Shown: piece after piece, positions 1 through 9,247 of the stretch
Position numbering within the stretch: the first letter of the stretch is position 1
Layout of the letters: each line of letters starts with the position of its first letter
Source of the DNA: Collinsella sp.
GTDB lineage: Bacteria > Actinomycetota > Coriobacteriia > Coriobacteriales > Coriobacteriaceae
DNA length: 64,000 nt
Assembly (NCBI GenBank): GCA_019425045.1
Contig: JAHYYI010000007.1
Coordinates: forward strand, 1,490 to 65,489
Reading direction: 5' to 3'
The notes under the pieces: model-generated
Database searches by the model: none
Seen by the model: the letters and a program-made list of their open reading frames with translations, nothing else
Told to the model about the DNA's origin: nothing
Made by a program: the position numbers and the translations under genes

Positions 1-75
1 CCCGAGGGATATCCGTGTTTCCTTCGGGGACACATTTAGCAATAATTTTGATAATAATTCGAAAGGAAAATAGAC

Positions 76-1140
76 ATGAACAACAGCCTCCGCGGTCGCG
101 ACTACATCAACATCCATGATCTCTCCTCCGAGGATTTCCGCTATCTCATCGATCTTGCCTGGAACCTTAAGGCTCAGAAGAAGTCTGGTGTCGACCAGCG
201 CTACTTCCCCGGCAAAAACGTCCTCGCCAACTTTGAGTGGGGCTCGACCCGTACTCGTTGCGCATTCGAGACCTCCTGCAACGATTTGGGCATGGGCTTC
301 ACTTATCTGACCAACTCCCACATGGGTGACTGCGAGACCGTCAAGGATGCCATGCGCGTCTTCAACGGCATGTATGATCTCATCGTCTACCGCGCACAGA
401 AGGACGAGCAGTTCCTCTATGACGTCGCCGACCTGGTTGACATCCCGGTCATCAATGCCCTTACTCTCGGCGATCACCCGACTCAGATGCTCGCTGACGC
501 TCTTACGATGGAAGAGCAATGGGGCGGTCTGCGTACGAGCCGCGGCAAGAAGATGGCTTTCGTTGGCAACTGCGCCGGCGCCCCGGTGTGGTATGGCCGT
601 CTGTGCGCGATGCTCGACATGGACTTCCTCGCCATCGGTCCCGACGACCTCCGTCATCAGATGTGCAAGGAAATGGTCGAAGAGGTGGAGGCCTGCTACG
701 CCAAGTACGCTCCCAATAGGACCTTTACCATCACCTCTGACCTCGATGCCTTGGATGGCGTTGACGTTATCGTTACCGAGGAGTGGCGCTACATCAACCC
801 CGAGTGCGGCGAAGAGGTTCTGGATCCCGACGACTACAACTCCTGGCTGGGCGATGCCGAGTCTCTGTACCCCTATCGCGTCACCAGCGAGCTGTGCAAG
901 CGCACCAACAATCCCGACATCTTCTGCATGCATGAGCTTCCTTCTGTCCACAACGCAGATCACCGTGTTGGCAAGATGCTCCTCGACCAGTGCAAGAACG
1001 ACCTCCATCGCGAGATCATCACCGAGGGTTTCGAGATTGCCGACGAGTGCTTTGAGGCCAACGCTTCGGTCATCTTCCGTGAGGCAGAGAACCGTCAGCA
1101 CACCATCAAGGCCGTTATGTGTGCCCTTCTAGGTCTCTAG
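76..1140 (+). CDS. Ornithine carbamoyltransferase-family transcarbamylase with divergent substrate-binding motifs
   Basis: STRT carbamoyl-phosphate motif, HPTQ and AENRQHTIKA present; HELP replaces HCLP; RBS GAAAGGAA upstream. Confidence 0.8.
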   Translation: MNNSLRGRDYINIHDLSSEDFRYLIDLAWNLKAQKKSGVDQRYFPGKNVLANFEWGSTRTRCAFETSCNDLGMGFTYLTNSHMGDCETVKDAMRVFNGMYDLIVYRAQKDEQFLYDVADLVDIPVINALTLGDHPTQMLADALTMEEQWGGLRTSRGKKMAFVGNCAGAPVWYGRLCAMLDMDFLAIGPDDLRHQMCKEMVEEVEACYAKYAPNRTFTITSDLDALDGVDVIVTEEWRYINPECGEEVLDPDDYNSWLGDAESLYPYRVTSELCKRTNNPDIFCMHELPSVHNADHRVGKMLLDQCKNDLHREIITEGFEIADECFEANASVIFREAENRQHTIKAVMCALLGL

Positions 1141-1151
1141 GAGTTGTATCA

Positions 1152-2417
1152 ATGGAAAATGCAAAGTTAAAGAGCAGCAAGGTCTACGCATGGGTTCTCG
1201 TAATCGCGCTTGGCCTCATGTCTGCTGGTACGACCGGATCCTATAGCGTAATCGCCGGCTCCTTCGTCGCGCCCGTGTGCGAGGAGTTCGGGTTTGACTA
1301 TTCAATCTTCTCGTATTACTTCACCGCGACGCTCATCGGTCTTGCGGCGGCGCTTCCGTTTGTCGGAAAACTCATCCCCAAGGTTGTTGGCAAGGTTTGG
1401 CTCCCCGTCGTCGAGCTTATTCTGCTCGCCGCCGGCGCAGGCATGGCTTTCTACACCGAAGTTTGGATGTTCATCGCCGCTGGCGCCCTGATTGGCATTT
1501 GCTTCGCCTTCACCACCGGCGTCGCCATGTCCGACGTTATTGACCAGTGGTTCAAAAAATCTGGTGGCCTGGCAATTGGTCTTGCTTGGGCAGTGAACTC
1601 GATTTACATGCTCATCATGAGCCCTGTCATCACCTCTGTCATCGAGGCCGCTGGCTGGAGGACTGGTTATCTGGTGCTCGCTGGCGTCTCCGCCGTGCTC
1701 ATTCTCCCCGCTTCCGTCCTGATTATCCGCTATAAGCCTCAGGACAAGGGCATGCTGCCCTATGGCTACGTCGAGGGCGAGACGGTCGCCGAGACCGAGG
1801 AGACGACCGAGGATAGCACGCGTGGCGTTAGCTATGCGCGCGCCATTAAGTCGCCTGCCTTCTTCTTCTGCATCGGCTTCCTCTGCCTCGTTCAGCTCAC
1901 TTGCTGCATGAACCAGCTCTTCCCGACGTATGCTTCCGAGGTTGGTTTTAGCCCCATGGTGGGCGGCTTCATGGTATCCGCTGCATCGCTCTTCGATCTG
2001 TTCCTCAATCCGATCGTCGGCACCACTTGCGATAAGTTCGGCAGCACGAAGGCCATTCTGGGCTGGCTCGCTGTCTCCATCCTCTCCTTTGTCATGCTCA
2101 TGATGAGCAGCGGCAACTCGACGCTCAGCATCTTCGCAGCAGGCGTGAACGACGTAATGTACGTCATCGCTGGCACTGCCCTGACCGTTTTGGTTATGGA
2201 TGTCTTTGGCTCCCGCGATTTCGGTCGCATCTTCGCGCTGATCTGCTCCGTGGGCTATATCGTCGGCGCCTTTGGCATGCCCGTTATGATGAAGGTCTAT
2301 GAGCTTGTCGGCTCCTTCCAGGGCGTCTTCATCTTCTGCATCGCATGCAACGTTATTATCGGCCTGTTCTTGCTGCTGGCAAAAAAGACTGGTAAGAACC
2401 TCTCCTGGGACGAATAG
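1152..2417 (+). CDS. MFS transporter (OFA/MCT-like)
   Basis: About 12 hydrophobic segments, 'QWFKKSGGLAIG' and 'DVFGSRDFGRI' motifs; start moved to ATG 1152 after AGGAG. Confidence 0.85.
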   Translation: MENAKLKSSKVYAWVLVIALGLMSAGTTGSYSVIAGSFVAPVCEEFGFDYSIFSYYFTATLIGLAAALPFVGKLIPKVVGKVWLPVVELILLAAGAGMAFYTEVWMFIAAGALIGICFAFTTGVAMSDVIDQWFKKSGGLAIGLAWAVNSIYMLIMSPVITSVIEAAGWRTGYLVLAGVSAVLILPASVLIIRYKPQDKGMLPYGYVEGETVAETEETTEDSTRGVSYARAIKSPAFFFCIGFLCLVQLTCCMNQLFPTYASEVGFSPMVGGFMVSAASLFDLFLNPIVGTTCDKFGSTKAILGWLAVSILSFVMLMMSSGNSTLSIFAAGVNDVMYVIAGTALTVLVMDVFGSRDFGRIFALICSVGYIVGAFGMPVMMKVYELVGSFQGVFIFCIACNVIIGLFLLLAKKTGKNLSWDE

Positions 2418-2467
2418 TCCGATTCGTCTTAGACATACGCTGTAGGGCTTAACCTGCAGCCGCTTTG

Positions 2468-2496
2468 GGGCATCGACTAACGTCGGTGCCCTTTTT
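2468..2496 (+). terminator. Rho-independent terminator
   Basis: GGGCATCGAC-TAAC-GTCGGTGCCC followed by TTTTT. Confidence 0.75.
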
Positions 2497-2501
2497 CATC
2501 G

Positions 2502-2534
2502 AATGTGACAAAGGGACAGCCCCTTTGTCACATT
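2502..2534. repeat. REP-like palindrome, family A copy 1
   Basis: AATGTGACAAAGGG-ACAGC-CCCTTTGTCACATT; near-identical copies at 4112, 31554 and 35281. Confidence 0.9.
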
Positions 2535-2548
2535 GAGTGGCTTGTAAA

Positions 2549-2733
2549 TCGAGGTCTAATGCTTTTCCCGAGAAGTGAACGAGTCAAAATGGACCCCCGA
2601 AGCATCGACACTTTTGGCGAGCAATTTCCTGCGGTTTTGCAGTCGAATCCTGCGGTTTTGATGCCTAAAAATGCCAATGCTTCGGGCGTCCAAAAACAGT
2701 CGTTCACTTCTCGGGAAAAGTATTAGACCTCGA
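2549..2733. repeat. Long imperfect inverted repeat, MITE-like
   Basis: TCGAGGTCTAATGCTTTTCCCGAGAAGTGAACGA ... TCGTTCACTTCTCGGGAAAAGTATTAGACCTCGA, with further internal pairing (CCCGAAGCAT / ATGCTTCGGG). Confidence 0.8.
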
Positions 2734-2775
2734 GATATAGACGATGTTCGCGAGCGGCAATTAGAGCGTAAGCCT

Positions 2776-3909
2776 TTAGTTCTTTTTTGCAGAGAGCATG
2801 AGCCTAATTTCCGGATGGGTGTATTCGTCGAAATCTTCTGCGGCTTCGGTGTCAAAGGTGTAGTACGACTTGATAGATTCGTCCTCCGTCTTGATGCTGA
2901 TTTCTTTATATAGGGATCCGGCTAAAAATGTCTGTTTAAAATCATCCGACAGGCTGCATGGCGTGAGGAGGCCCGGTGTGGCAACGGAAATGTCCAACCC
3001 GTTGAGCGGGGCGCAGAGCGTCGCGATGTCCTGCTCGGCGCGAGCGAGGTTGTCTGCAAGGCTTTCCTCGGGGTTGACCTGACTGGTGTAATCGACGTCC
3101 GTGAGCATGCCGTCTGCATCAAAAGAAAGGTAGACATAGGCTGCTTGAGCGCCAAGGTCATTGTCGCGCAGATAGCCGATAATGCGGTAGCCGTAGTCGT
3201 GATACGACTCGTATGGGTCGTCTGCCGCGACGCGTTCACACACGGGCTCCAGGGCATCTTGCGCGATGGCGAGCTGCTCGGCAACTGCAGCCTTTCTCGC
3301 CTGAAGCTCGTTATTTCCCTGGACAAACTGCGGGATGTAGACGCCAAGCAGCACAATGGCGGGCACCACTGCGAGAGCTATGGCCTGCTTCTTGACGCTT
3401 GGAATCGTCACGCCGTATGCGTTTGCCATGGCCTCGGCATTGCTCGAGGTCTCGGCTAGCACGTCTGCCGCGGTGGCAACTGCCCCTACGGCGCCGGCGA
3501 CCTCCGCGGCGCCGCCCAGGTTGCGCGCGAGATCGTTATCACTGTTCTTGAGCAGGCGGCCGGCAGCTTGCGTGGCGAGCACGCCGGCGACCTCCGCGGA
3601 GCGGTCTTTGTTGGTTTGGGCTACCGCAAGCCTGCTCTGCAGCTCCTTCCACTGTTTGCCCTGCATTCCAAAGCGCGGCGCAAGAGCGCAATAGCAAAAG
3701 ACGACGAGTTCGATTACGGTGAGTGCGATGGCGGTATATATGCCCGCGGGTTGGAATTCCTTTTGGTGGAACGCGATATCGTTGATCATTTGGAGCGGCA
3801 GCATGAGCAGACATGCTACGAACGACATGACGAGTGCGGTCGCTGCGATCTTGGGGTACGCACAGTACCGCTGAATGCGTTTCTTTTCACGTTCGGTGAG
3901 CTGATGCAT
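2776..3909 (-). CDS. Hypothetical membrane protein (3 predicted TM segments, acidic C-terminal domain)
   Basis: Long ORF with hydrophobic segments; start at MHQLTE (3909) is my choice, 3927 is possible. Confidence 0.7.
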   Translation of the reverse strand: MHQLTEREKKRIQRYCAYPKIAATALVMSFVACLLMLPLQMINDIAFHQKEFQPAGIYTAIALTVIELVVFCYCALAPRFGMQGKQWKELQSRLAVAQTNKDRSAEVAGVLATQAAGRLLKNSDNDLARNLGGAAEVAGAVGAVATAADVLAETSSNAEAMANAYGVTIPSVKKQAIALAVVPAIVLLGVYIPQFVQGNNELQARKAAVAEQLAIAQDALEPVCERVAADDPYESYHDYGYRIIGYLRDNDLGAQAAYVYLSFDADGMLTDVDYTSQVNPEESLADNLARAEQDIATLCAPLNGLDISVATPGLLTPCSLSDDFKQTFLAGSLYKEISIKTEDESIKSYYTFDTEAAEDFDEYTHPEIRLMLSAKKN

Positions 3910-4111
3910 GGGGGCCTCGACTCTCATCGTTTTTCGGGGGCGATGCGCACACGCTCTTGAGTATAGATGAGTGGGGGAGCTGCTGCGGGACGGCCCTACT
4001 TGCTGTTCGTGGACACCGTTCACCTTCGTTGCACAGGGATGGTTGGAGGGCTGGTTGGCGTCAAGTAACCGCCTCCGCCTTGTGGGCCGCCTCGAGGACA
4101 AGGCATAATGC

Positions 4112-4142
4112 ATGTGACAAAGGGGCAGTCCCTTTGCCACAT
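4112..4142. repeat. REP-like palindrome, family A copy 2
   Basis: ATGTGACAAAGGG-GCAGT-CCCTTTGCCACAT. Confidence 0.9.
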
Positions 4143-4156
4143 TGATTTGAGAGTAG

Positions 4157-5116
4157 ATGTTGATGATTCTATCGCTTGCCCCTATGGAGGGGATTACCGG
4201 GCATGTGTTCCGTCGCGTGCACGCGGAGTGCTTCGGTGCGCTCGATTGCTATTACACGCCGTTCTTGCCGCCGCCACGGGTGGGAAACCGCTTTGGCGGC
4301 AAGGCGTTTAAGGAGGTCGACCCTGTCAATAACCAGGGGCTCAACGTAGTGCCTCAGCTGATGTCCAAGAACGCGGACGAGTTTGTGTGGGCGGCACAGG
4401 TGCTCGCCGACATGGGTTATCGCGAGGTCAATCTCAACTTGGGTTGTCCTTCGGGAACGGTTGTCGCCAAGGGCAAGGGTTCGGGTTTCTTGCGCAATCT
4501 CGACGAGCTCGAGGTGTTCTTGAGCGACGTGTGCGAGCACTCGCCGCTGCCGGTGTCGGTCAAGACCAGGCTGGGGTTGGAAAGCGACGACGAATACGAG
4601 CGCGTACTCGACCTCTATTGCCGCATGCCGCTGGCAGAGCTGATCGTGCATCCGCGCGTGCAAAAGGACCGTTATACGGGCTCGCCGCGCAAGGAGTTTT
4701 ACGGCGAGACGCTGGAGCGGGCGCCGTTCCCCGTTGCCTATAACGGTGACATCTTTGATCTTGAGGACATGGATGCGCTGGTGGAGGCCTATCCCGGAAC
4801 GCGTCACGTAATGTTGGGGCGCGGCTTGCTTGCGAACCCCGCGCTGGCTCGCATGGCTAAGGGCGGTCCTGCTGCCACGGCAGCCGAGCTGCAGCGTTTC
4901 CACGACACGCTGTTTGCGGCCTATGCGGACGAGATCGGCGGCAACGCGGTCTTCCGCATGAAGGAGTTGTGGTTCTACGCCAAATGCGCCTTCGCCGATC
5001 CCGCGACCGTTCACAAGCTCGTACGCAAGACCAAAAAGGTCGACGAATACCGCGCCGCCGTCGATCGCGTCTTTCGCGAACAGCCGCTTGCGCCCGTTGC
5101 CCGCTTCGACGGCTAG
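4157..5116 (+). CDS. dus: tRNA-dihydrouridine synthase family protein
   Basis: LAPMEG, NLNLGCP, SVKTRLG, VHPR, YNGDI and MLGRG motifs. Confidence 0.9.
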   Translation: MLMILSLAPMEGITGHVFRRVHAECFGALDCYYTPFLPPPRVGNRFGGKAFKEVDPVNNQGLNVVPQLMSKNADEFVWAAQVLADMGYREVNLNLGCPSGTVVAKGKGSGFLRNLDELEVFLSDVCEHSPLPVSVKTRLGLESDDEYERVLDLYCRMPLAELIVHPRVQKDRYTGSPRKEFYGETLERAPFPVAYNGDIFDLEDMDALVEAYPGTRHVMLGRGLLANPALARMAKGGPAATAAELQRFHDTLFAAYADEIGGNAVFRMKELWFYAKCAFADPATVHKLVRKTKKVDEYRAAVDRVFREQPLAPVARFDG

Positions 5117-5118
5117 CC

Positions 5119-5172
5119 AGTCATTGGGGACGTTCTTTAACGACTAGCTATTTAAGAACGTCCCCGATGACT
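5119..5172. repeat. REP-like palindrome, family B copy 1
   Basis: AGTCATTGGGGACGTTCTT...GACTAG...AAGAACGTCCCCGATGACT; second copy at 12139. Confidence 0.85.
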
Positions 5173-5202
5173 ATGTTCCCAACGACTATGTTGCAAAAAG
5201 CT

Positions 5203-5255
5203 GTACACCAGCATCCAAAGATGTCGAAAAATGTCGACTTTGGATGCTGGCGTAC
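5203..5255. repeat. Inverted repeat between convergent genes (possible terminator)
   Basis: GTACACCAGCATCCAAAG ... CTTTGGATGCTGGCGTAC. Confidence 0.6.
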
Positions 5256-5303
5256 TTGTTTGGGCCGTATGGGGTGGAGCCTTGGACGGACGGGGTGCGC
5301 GTG

Positions 5304-5549
5304 CTAGAGCAGGTTCTTTTGTGCCCACGCGATGATGTCGCTCGATTCGTAGAGCGGCTTTCCGTCAATGAATAAGCAAGGAACCTGGCGCTTTCCGCCG
5401 ACGGTGATGAGCGTCTGCTCGGCATCGGAATCGGTCGAGATATTGCGCTCGGGAATGGTCACGCCGTTATCGGCCAAAAAGTGCTTGACCTTTATGCAAT
5501 ACGGGCAGCCGGTCATAACGTAGAGCACGAGCTCGTGATCAGTAGCCAT
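5304..5549 (-). CDS. Glutaredoxin / NrdH-like redoxin
   Basis: CPYC active site, QVPCLFIDG. Confidence 0.9.
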   Translation of the reverse strand: MATDHELVLYVMTGCPYCIKVKHFLADNGVTIPERNISTDSDAEQTLITVGGKRQVPCLFIDGKPLYESSDIIAWAQKNLL

Positions 5550-5600
5550 GGGTCTCCAATCGGTTGAGGTTTCAATTGAAATACCCAAAGCCGCCGCGGT

Positions 5601-6428
5601 CTATGCGCGGGCCAGTGACGACTCGATGGCATGGACCAGAAACGCCGTGGCTCCGGTGCCGCAGGGCTTGTCGTAGTAGTCGATAAAGCGCTGATCGGCA
5701 AGATAGCCGTGGGCGAGGCCCAGGTATGCTTCGTCTTGGGGTTCGTGTCCCCAGTTAAGGCCAATCCATCGACGGTGCATTGCGACAAGCTTGCGCGCCT
5801 CGCTTCCATCCGGTTCGCCGTCGCCCATGGCGATCGAGAGCTGGCCCAGAATAGCGCGTTCAAGTTCCTTCATGTCGTTCCATGTCTCGGGGTCCATGTC
5901 CAGCAGTGCCTCGTTTGCTGCATCGACGGCCTCGTCGCCATAGCGCGCCCGCGCCTCGGCACCGTAGCGCTCCTCGTTTTCCTGCACGGTGCGCCAGCGC
6001 TCCAATTGCGGCAGCACGGCGCCCATGAGCGAGACGGCTTCGTCGAGCGACATACCGGTGTTTTGTGCCAGGCGCGGGGCGCAATCCTCAATCATGGCCT
6101 CCATCGTGGTCTCGTAGGTGTACTTGCCGTGGTCGTAGCACCACTTGCAGTAATGGTCGGTCGTTGCGCCGTGAGCATCGGTGCCGCAGTCGTCGGGCGT
6201 GAGTATCATGCCGCAGCTCTGGCAATAGTGCTCGGGCATTTCGAGCAGGTGGGACAGCGGTTCTCCGGTTATGGCGGCAATGAGCTTCATCATGTCGATG
6301 CCCGGCGTGACTTCGCCGCGTTCCCAACGGCTGACGGCTTGGCGTGTGACGAAGAGCTTGGCGGCGAGTTGCTCTTGGGTGAGATTGTTGTCGCGGCGGA
6401 TGGCGATGAGCTTTTCTGCAAAGGCCAT
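5601..6428 (-). CDS. XRE HTH + zinc ribbon + TipAS-like domain regulator
   Basis: N-terminal LTQEQLA..VTRQAVSRWE, then CQSCGM..YCKWCY, then EARARYG..YLGLAHGYLADQRFIDYYD (TipAS-like). Confidence 0.8.
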   Translation of the reverse strand: MAFAEKLIAIRRDNNLTQEQLAAKLFVTRQAVSRWERGEVTPGIDMMKLIAAITGEPLSHLLEMPEHYCQSCGMILTPDDCGTDAHGATTDHYCKWCYDHGKYTYETTMEAMIEDCAPRLAQNTGMSLDEAVSLMGAVLPQLERWRTVQENEERYGAEARARYGDEAVDAANEALLDMDPETWNDMKELERAILGQLSIAMGDGEPDGSEARKLVAMHRRWIGLNWGHEPQDEAYLGLAHGYLADQRFIDYYDKPCGTGATAFLVHAIESSLARA

Positions 6429-6559
6429 GACGGCTCCTTTCTGCTGTTTGTTGCTTTAAGCATACGCGGCGGCCGGCACCCTTCCAAGCAACCGTTGGTT
6501 GCACGACGGGGACCGCGGCGAAGAATTGCGCGCAACACCCCACGCCTCCATGCTGTACA

Positions 6560-7306
6560 ATGACCGGCATGGAACCTATTGCACACATACATACCGACCT
6601 GCCGCAGAAGTTCGGCATTCCGCGCAACAGCTTTTTGGCGCCTCATCTGCAGGGACGCATCGTTTTTGAGCCGGAATTTGCCTCCAACGCAGCGGTTGAG
6701 GGTCTGGACTCCTTCTCTCACCTATGGCTGCTCTGGCGCTTCGAAAACGGCACGCCCGGCGGCACGGCTAAGGACATAGCTGCCGATGCCAAGACGCAGG
6801 ACAGGTCCGGCACTAATGCCAAGTGGTCGAAGACCGTGCGCCCGCCGCGTCTGGGTGGAGCCGAGCGCGTGGGCGTGTTTGCCACGCGCAGTCCGTTTCG
6901 CCCTAATCCCATCGGGCTCACCTGCGTCAAGCTCGATCGTGTCGAGCTCACTGACGAGGGCCCCATCATCCATGTGCTGGGGGCCGATCTGCGCGATGGC
7001 ACGCCCATCTACGACATTAAGCCCTACATTCCGTTTGCCGACTGTCACCCGGATGCGACGGGCGGCTGGATTGAGGATGCTCCGTGGCAAGAGCTCGACG
7101 TCGAGTTTCCGCAAGCGCTGCAGGATATGGTCCCGCCCGCAAAGCTCCCCGGCTTGGTCGAGGTCCTTCGCCAAGATCCGCGCCGCGCGGGTAGCAAGTA
7201 CGAGCCAAACCGCATTTACCACTTGGCTTACGCCGGGTTCGACATATCCTTTACGGTCGACGGAACCAGGTTGACGGTAACCGCCGTCAACGACGCGCAA
7301 GACTAA
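6560..7306 (+). CDS. trmO: tRNA m6t6A37 methyltransferase TrmO (TsaA/YaeB)
   Basis: KFGIPR, VRPPRLGG, GVFATRSPFRPNPIG, DGTPIYDIKPY. Confidence 0.92.
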   Translation: MTGMEPIAHIHTDLPQKFGIPRNSFLAPHLQGRIVFEPEFASNAAVEGLDSFSHLWLLWRFENGTPGGTAKDIAADAKTQDRSGTNAKWSKTVRPPRLGGAERVGVFATRSPFRPNPIGLTCVKLDRVELTDEGPIIHVLGADLRDGTPIYDIKPYIPFADCHPDATGGWIEDAPWQELDVEFPQALQDMVPPAKLPGLVEVLRQDPRRAGSKYEPNRIYHLAYAGFDISFTVDGTRLTVTAVNDAQD

Positions 7307-7417
7307 CCTGCCATTCGTCCGCACCCGTCAAATTAAGCGCCAAACCCCGCGCCAAAACCGCCCGCGCTGGTGGACAATAACGCCTACCAAAACAATCACT
7401 TTGCACGGGAGCTCAGC

Positions 7418-8629
7418 ATGAAATACGACTTCAGCTCGCTTATCGACCGCCACGGCATGGACTCTATCGCTGTTGACTCTTGGGGTGAGATCCCCGGCAT
7501 GGCTCCGAACGCACCCGATGAGGGCTTCGACCGCATCCCCATGTGGGTAGCGGACATGAACTTTGCCACGGTGCCCACGGTCCAGGAGCACATCATTCAG
7601 CGCGCCCAGCATCCCATGTTTGGCTATTTCGATCCGCGCCCCGAGTACTTCGACCGTATCATCGAATGGCAGAACCGCCGCAACGGTGTTAAGGGCCTGC
7701 TCCCTGAGCATATCGGCTACGAGAACGGCGTGCTGGGCGGCGTCGTATCGACGCTGCGCGCGTATGTCCAGCCGGGCGATGCGGTGCTGGTCCACAGTCC
7801 CACCTACATCGGCTTTACCAAGTCCATCGAGGCCGCGGGCTATCGCATTGTCCACAGCCCGCTTAAGCTCGACGATCGGGGCGTGTGGCGCATGGACTTT
7901 GATGACATGGAGCGCAAGCTCGTCCAAAACCACATCCATGCCGCGGTGTTCTGCTCGCCGCACAATCCCTGCGGTCGCGTATGGGAGCACGACGAGATCG
8001 AACGTGCCATGGACATCTATCGCCAGCACGATTGCGTGGTGATCTCGGATGAGATTTGGTCCGATATCATCCTGCCGGGTCACAGGCATATCCCGACGCA
8101 GTCGGTGAGCGAGGATGCCCGCATGCGCACGGTTGCCCTCTACGCGCCCAGCAAGACGTTTAACCTGGCGGGCCTGGTCGGCAGCTACCACATCATCTAT
8201 AACGAGACGCTGCGCGACCGCGTGTGCGCCGTGTCCAACAAGACTCACTACAACGAGATGAACGTCCTCTCCATGCATGCGCTTATCGGTGCCTACCAGC
8301 AGCAGGGCTACGAGTGGGTCGATGAGCTCAATGAGGTCATCGAGGGCAACGTCGACTACTTCTGCAATTACGTGGACAAGCATTTTGCGGGCGTGTCCTA
8401 TTCGCGTCCGCAGGGCACGTACATGGTGTTCCTGGACTGCACCGAGTGGTGTCGCGAGCATGGCCGCGATATTCAGTGGCTGCTCGACGAGGGCGCTCGT
8501 GTGGGCGTGGGGTATCAGGACGGCCGCCCGTTCCACGGGCCCTGCCACATTCGCGTGAATCTGGCACTGCCCCTTTCGCGGGTAAAGGAGGCGTGTGAGC
8601 GCCTGGACCGCTACGTTTTTGGGGTATAG
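7418..8629 (+). CDS. MalY/PatB-family PLP-dependent C-S lyase / aminotransferase
   Basis: PMWVADMNF, CSPHNPCGRVW, SDEI, APSKTFNLAG. Confidence 0.9.
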   Translation: MKYDFSSLIDRHGMDSIAVDSWGEIPGMAPNAPDEGFDRIPMWVADMNFATVPTVQEHIIQRAQHPMFGYFDPRPEYFDRIIEWQNRRNGVKGLLPEHIGYENGVLGGVVSTLRAYVQPGDAVLVHSPTYIGFTKSIEAAGYRIVHSPLKLDDRGVWRMDFDDMERKLVQNHIHAAVFCSPHNPCGRVWEHDEIERAMDIYRQHDCVVISDEIWSDIILPGHRHIPTQSVSEDARMRTVALYAPSKTFNLAGLVGSYHIIYNETLRDRVCAVSNKTHYNEMNVLSMHALIGAYQQQGYEWVDELNEVIEGNVDYFCNYVDKHFAGVSYSRPQGTYMVFLDCTEWCREHGRDIQWLLDEGARVGVGYQDGRPFHGPCHIRVNLALPLSRVKEACERLDRYVFGV

Positions 8630-8650
8630 GGGGCGCTCGATTCGAGTGCT

Positions 8651-8694
8651 GCCCCATGCGCCCACGCCGTCAAAATGCGTGGGCGCATGGGGCG
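8651..8694. terminator. Hairpin between convergent genes
   Basis: GCCCCATGCGCCCACGC ... GCGTGGGCGCATGGGGC. Confidence 0.6.
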
Positions 8695-8725
8695 CAGAGG
8701 GTAGCGAGCACGTTTTCCGCATTCG

Positions 8726-9205
8726 CTACTTTTCCTGAATCTGCTTGCCGCAAAGATGCTCAATCGAAATCTCGTAGAGTTGGACGCCCTTGATGTCTTT
8801 GGCGATTTCTTCCTCGACTTCTTCGGCAGAAGGGTAGTACTTAAGCGCGAGCTGGCGGACTTTGTCCTCGATAAACGCAGGCGCTTCATCTACCAGGCGG
8901 CAACGGCCAAAGACCACGGTGCTCATGACGTAAGGAGCCCAGTCGCCGTCCTTGTACCACTCGTTGCCGTAAACGGTAAAGCAGACTTTATCGTCACGCC
9001 TGAGCGAATCGACCTTGTGGCCGGCCTTGGCGCCATGGAAATAAATCTTGTCGTGCTCGGCGTCAAAGAAGTAGTTGACGGGAATGGCATAGGGGTAGCC
9101 ATCATCGCCGTTGACGGCAAAGACACCGCGCTTACAGGTGGCGAGCAACTCGCGCGCTTCCTCGTCAGTGATGGCGCGTTTCTTTCGACGTAAGGGCCTA
9201 AACAT
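8726..9205 (-). CDS. Pyridoxamine 5'-phosphate oxidase-like / NimA-like flavin-binding protein
   Basis: YPYAIPVNY, IYFHGAKAGHK, VCFTV, STVVFG. Confidence 0.85.
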   Translation of the reverse strand: MFRPLRRKKRAITDEEARELLATCKRGVFAVNGDDGYPYAIPVNYFFDAEHDKIYFHGAKAGHKVDSLRRDDKVCFTVYGNEWYKDGDWAPYVMSTVVFGRCRLVDEAPAFIEDKVRQLALKYYPSAEEVEEEIAKDIKGVQLYEISIEHLCGKQIQEK

Positions 9206-9247
9206 CGTTGGCTTCCTTTCTGGCTGTGCATGGTGGTTAAACGCAAA

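Noticed and set aside
8726..9205. nim metronidazole-resistance gene call
   Set aside because: Family membership only; this fold is widespread and function cannot be assigned from motifs.
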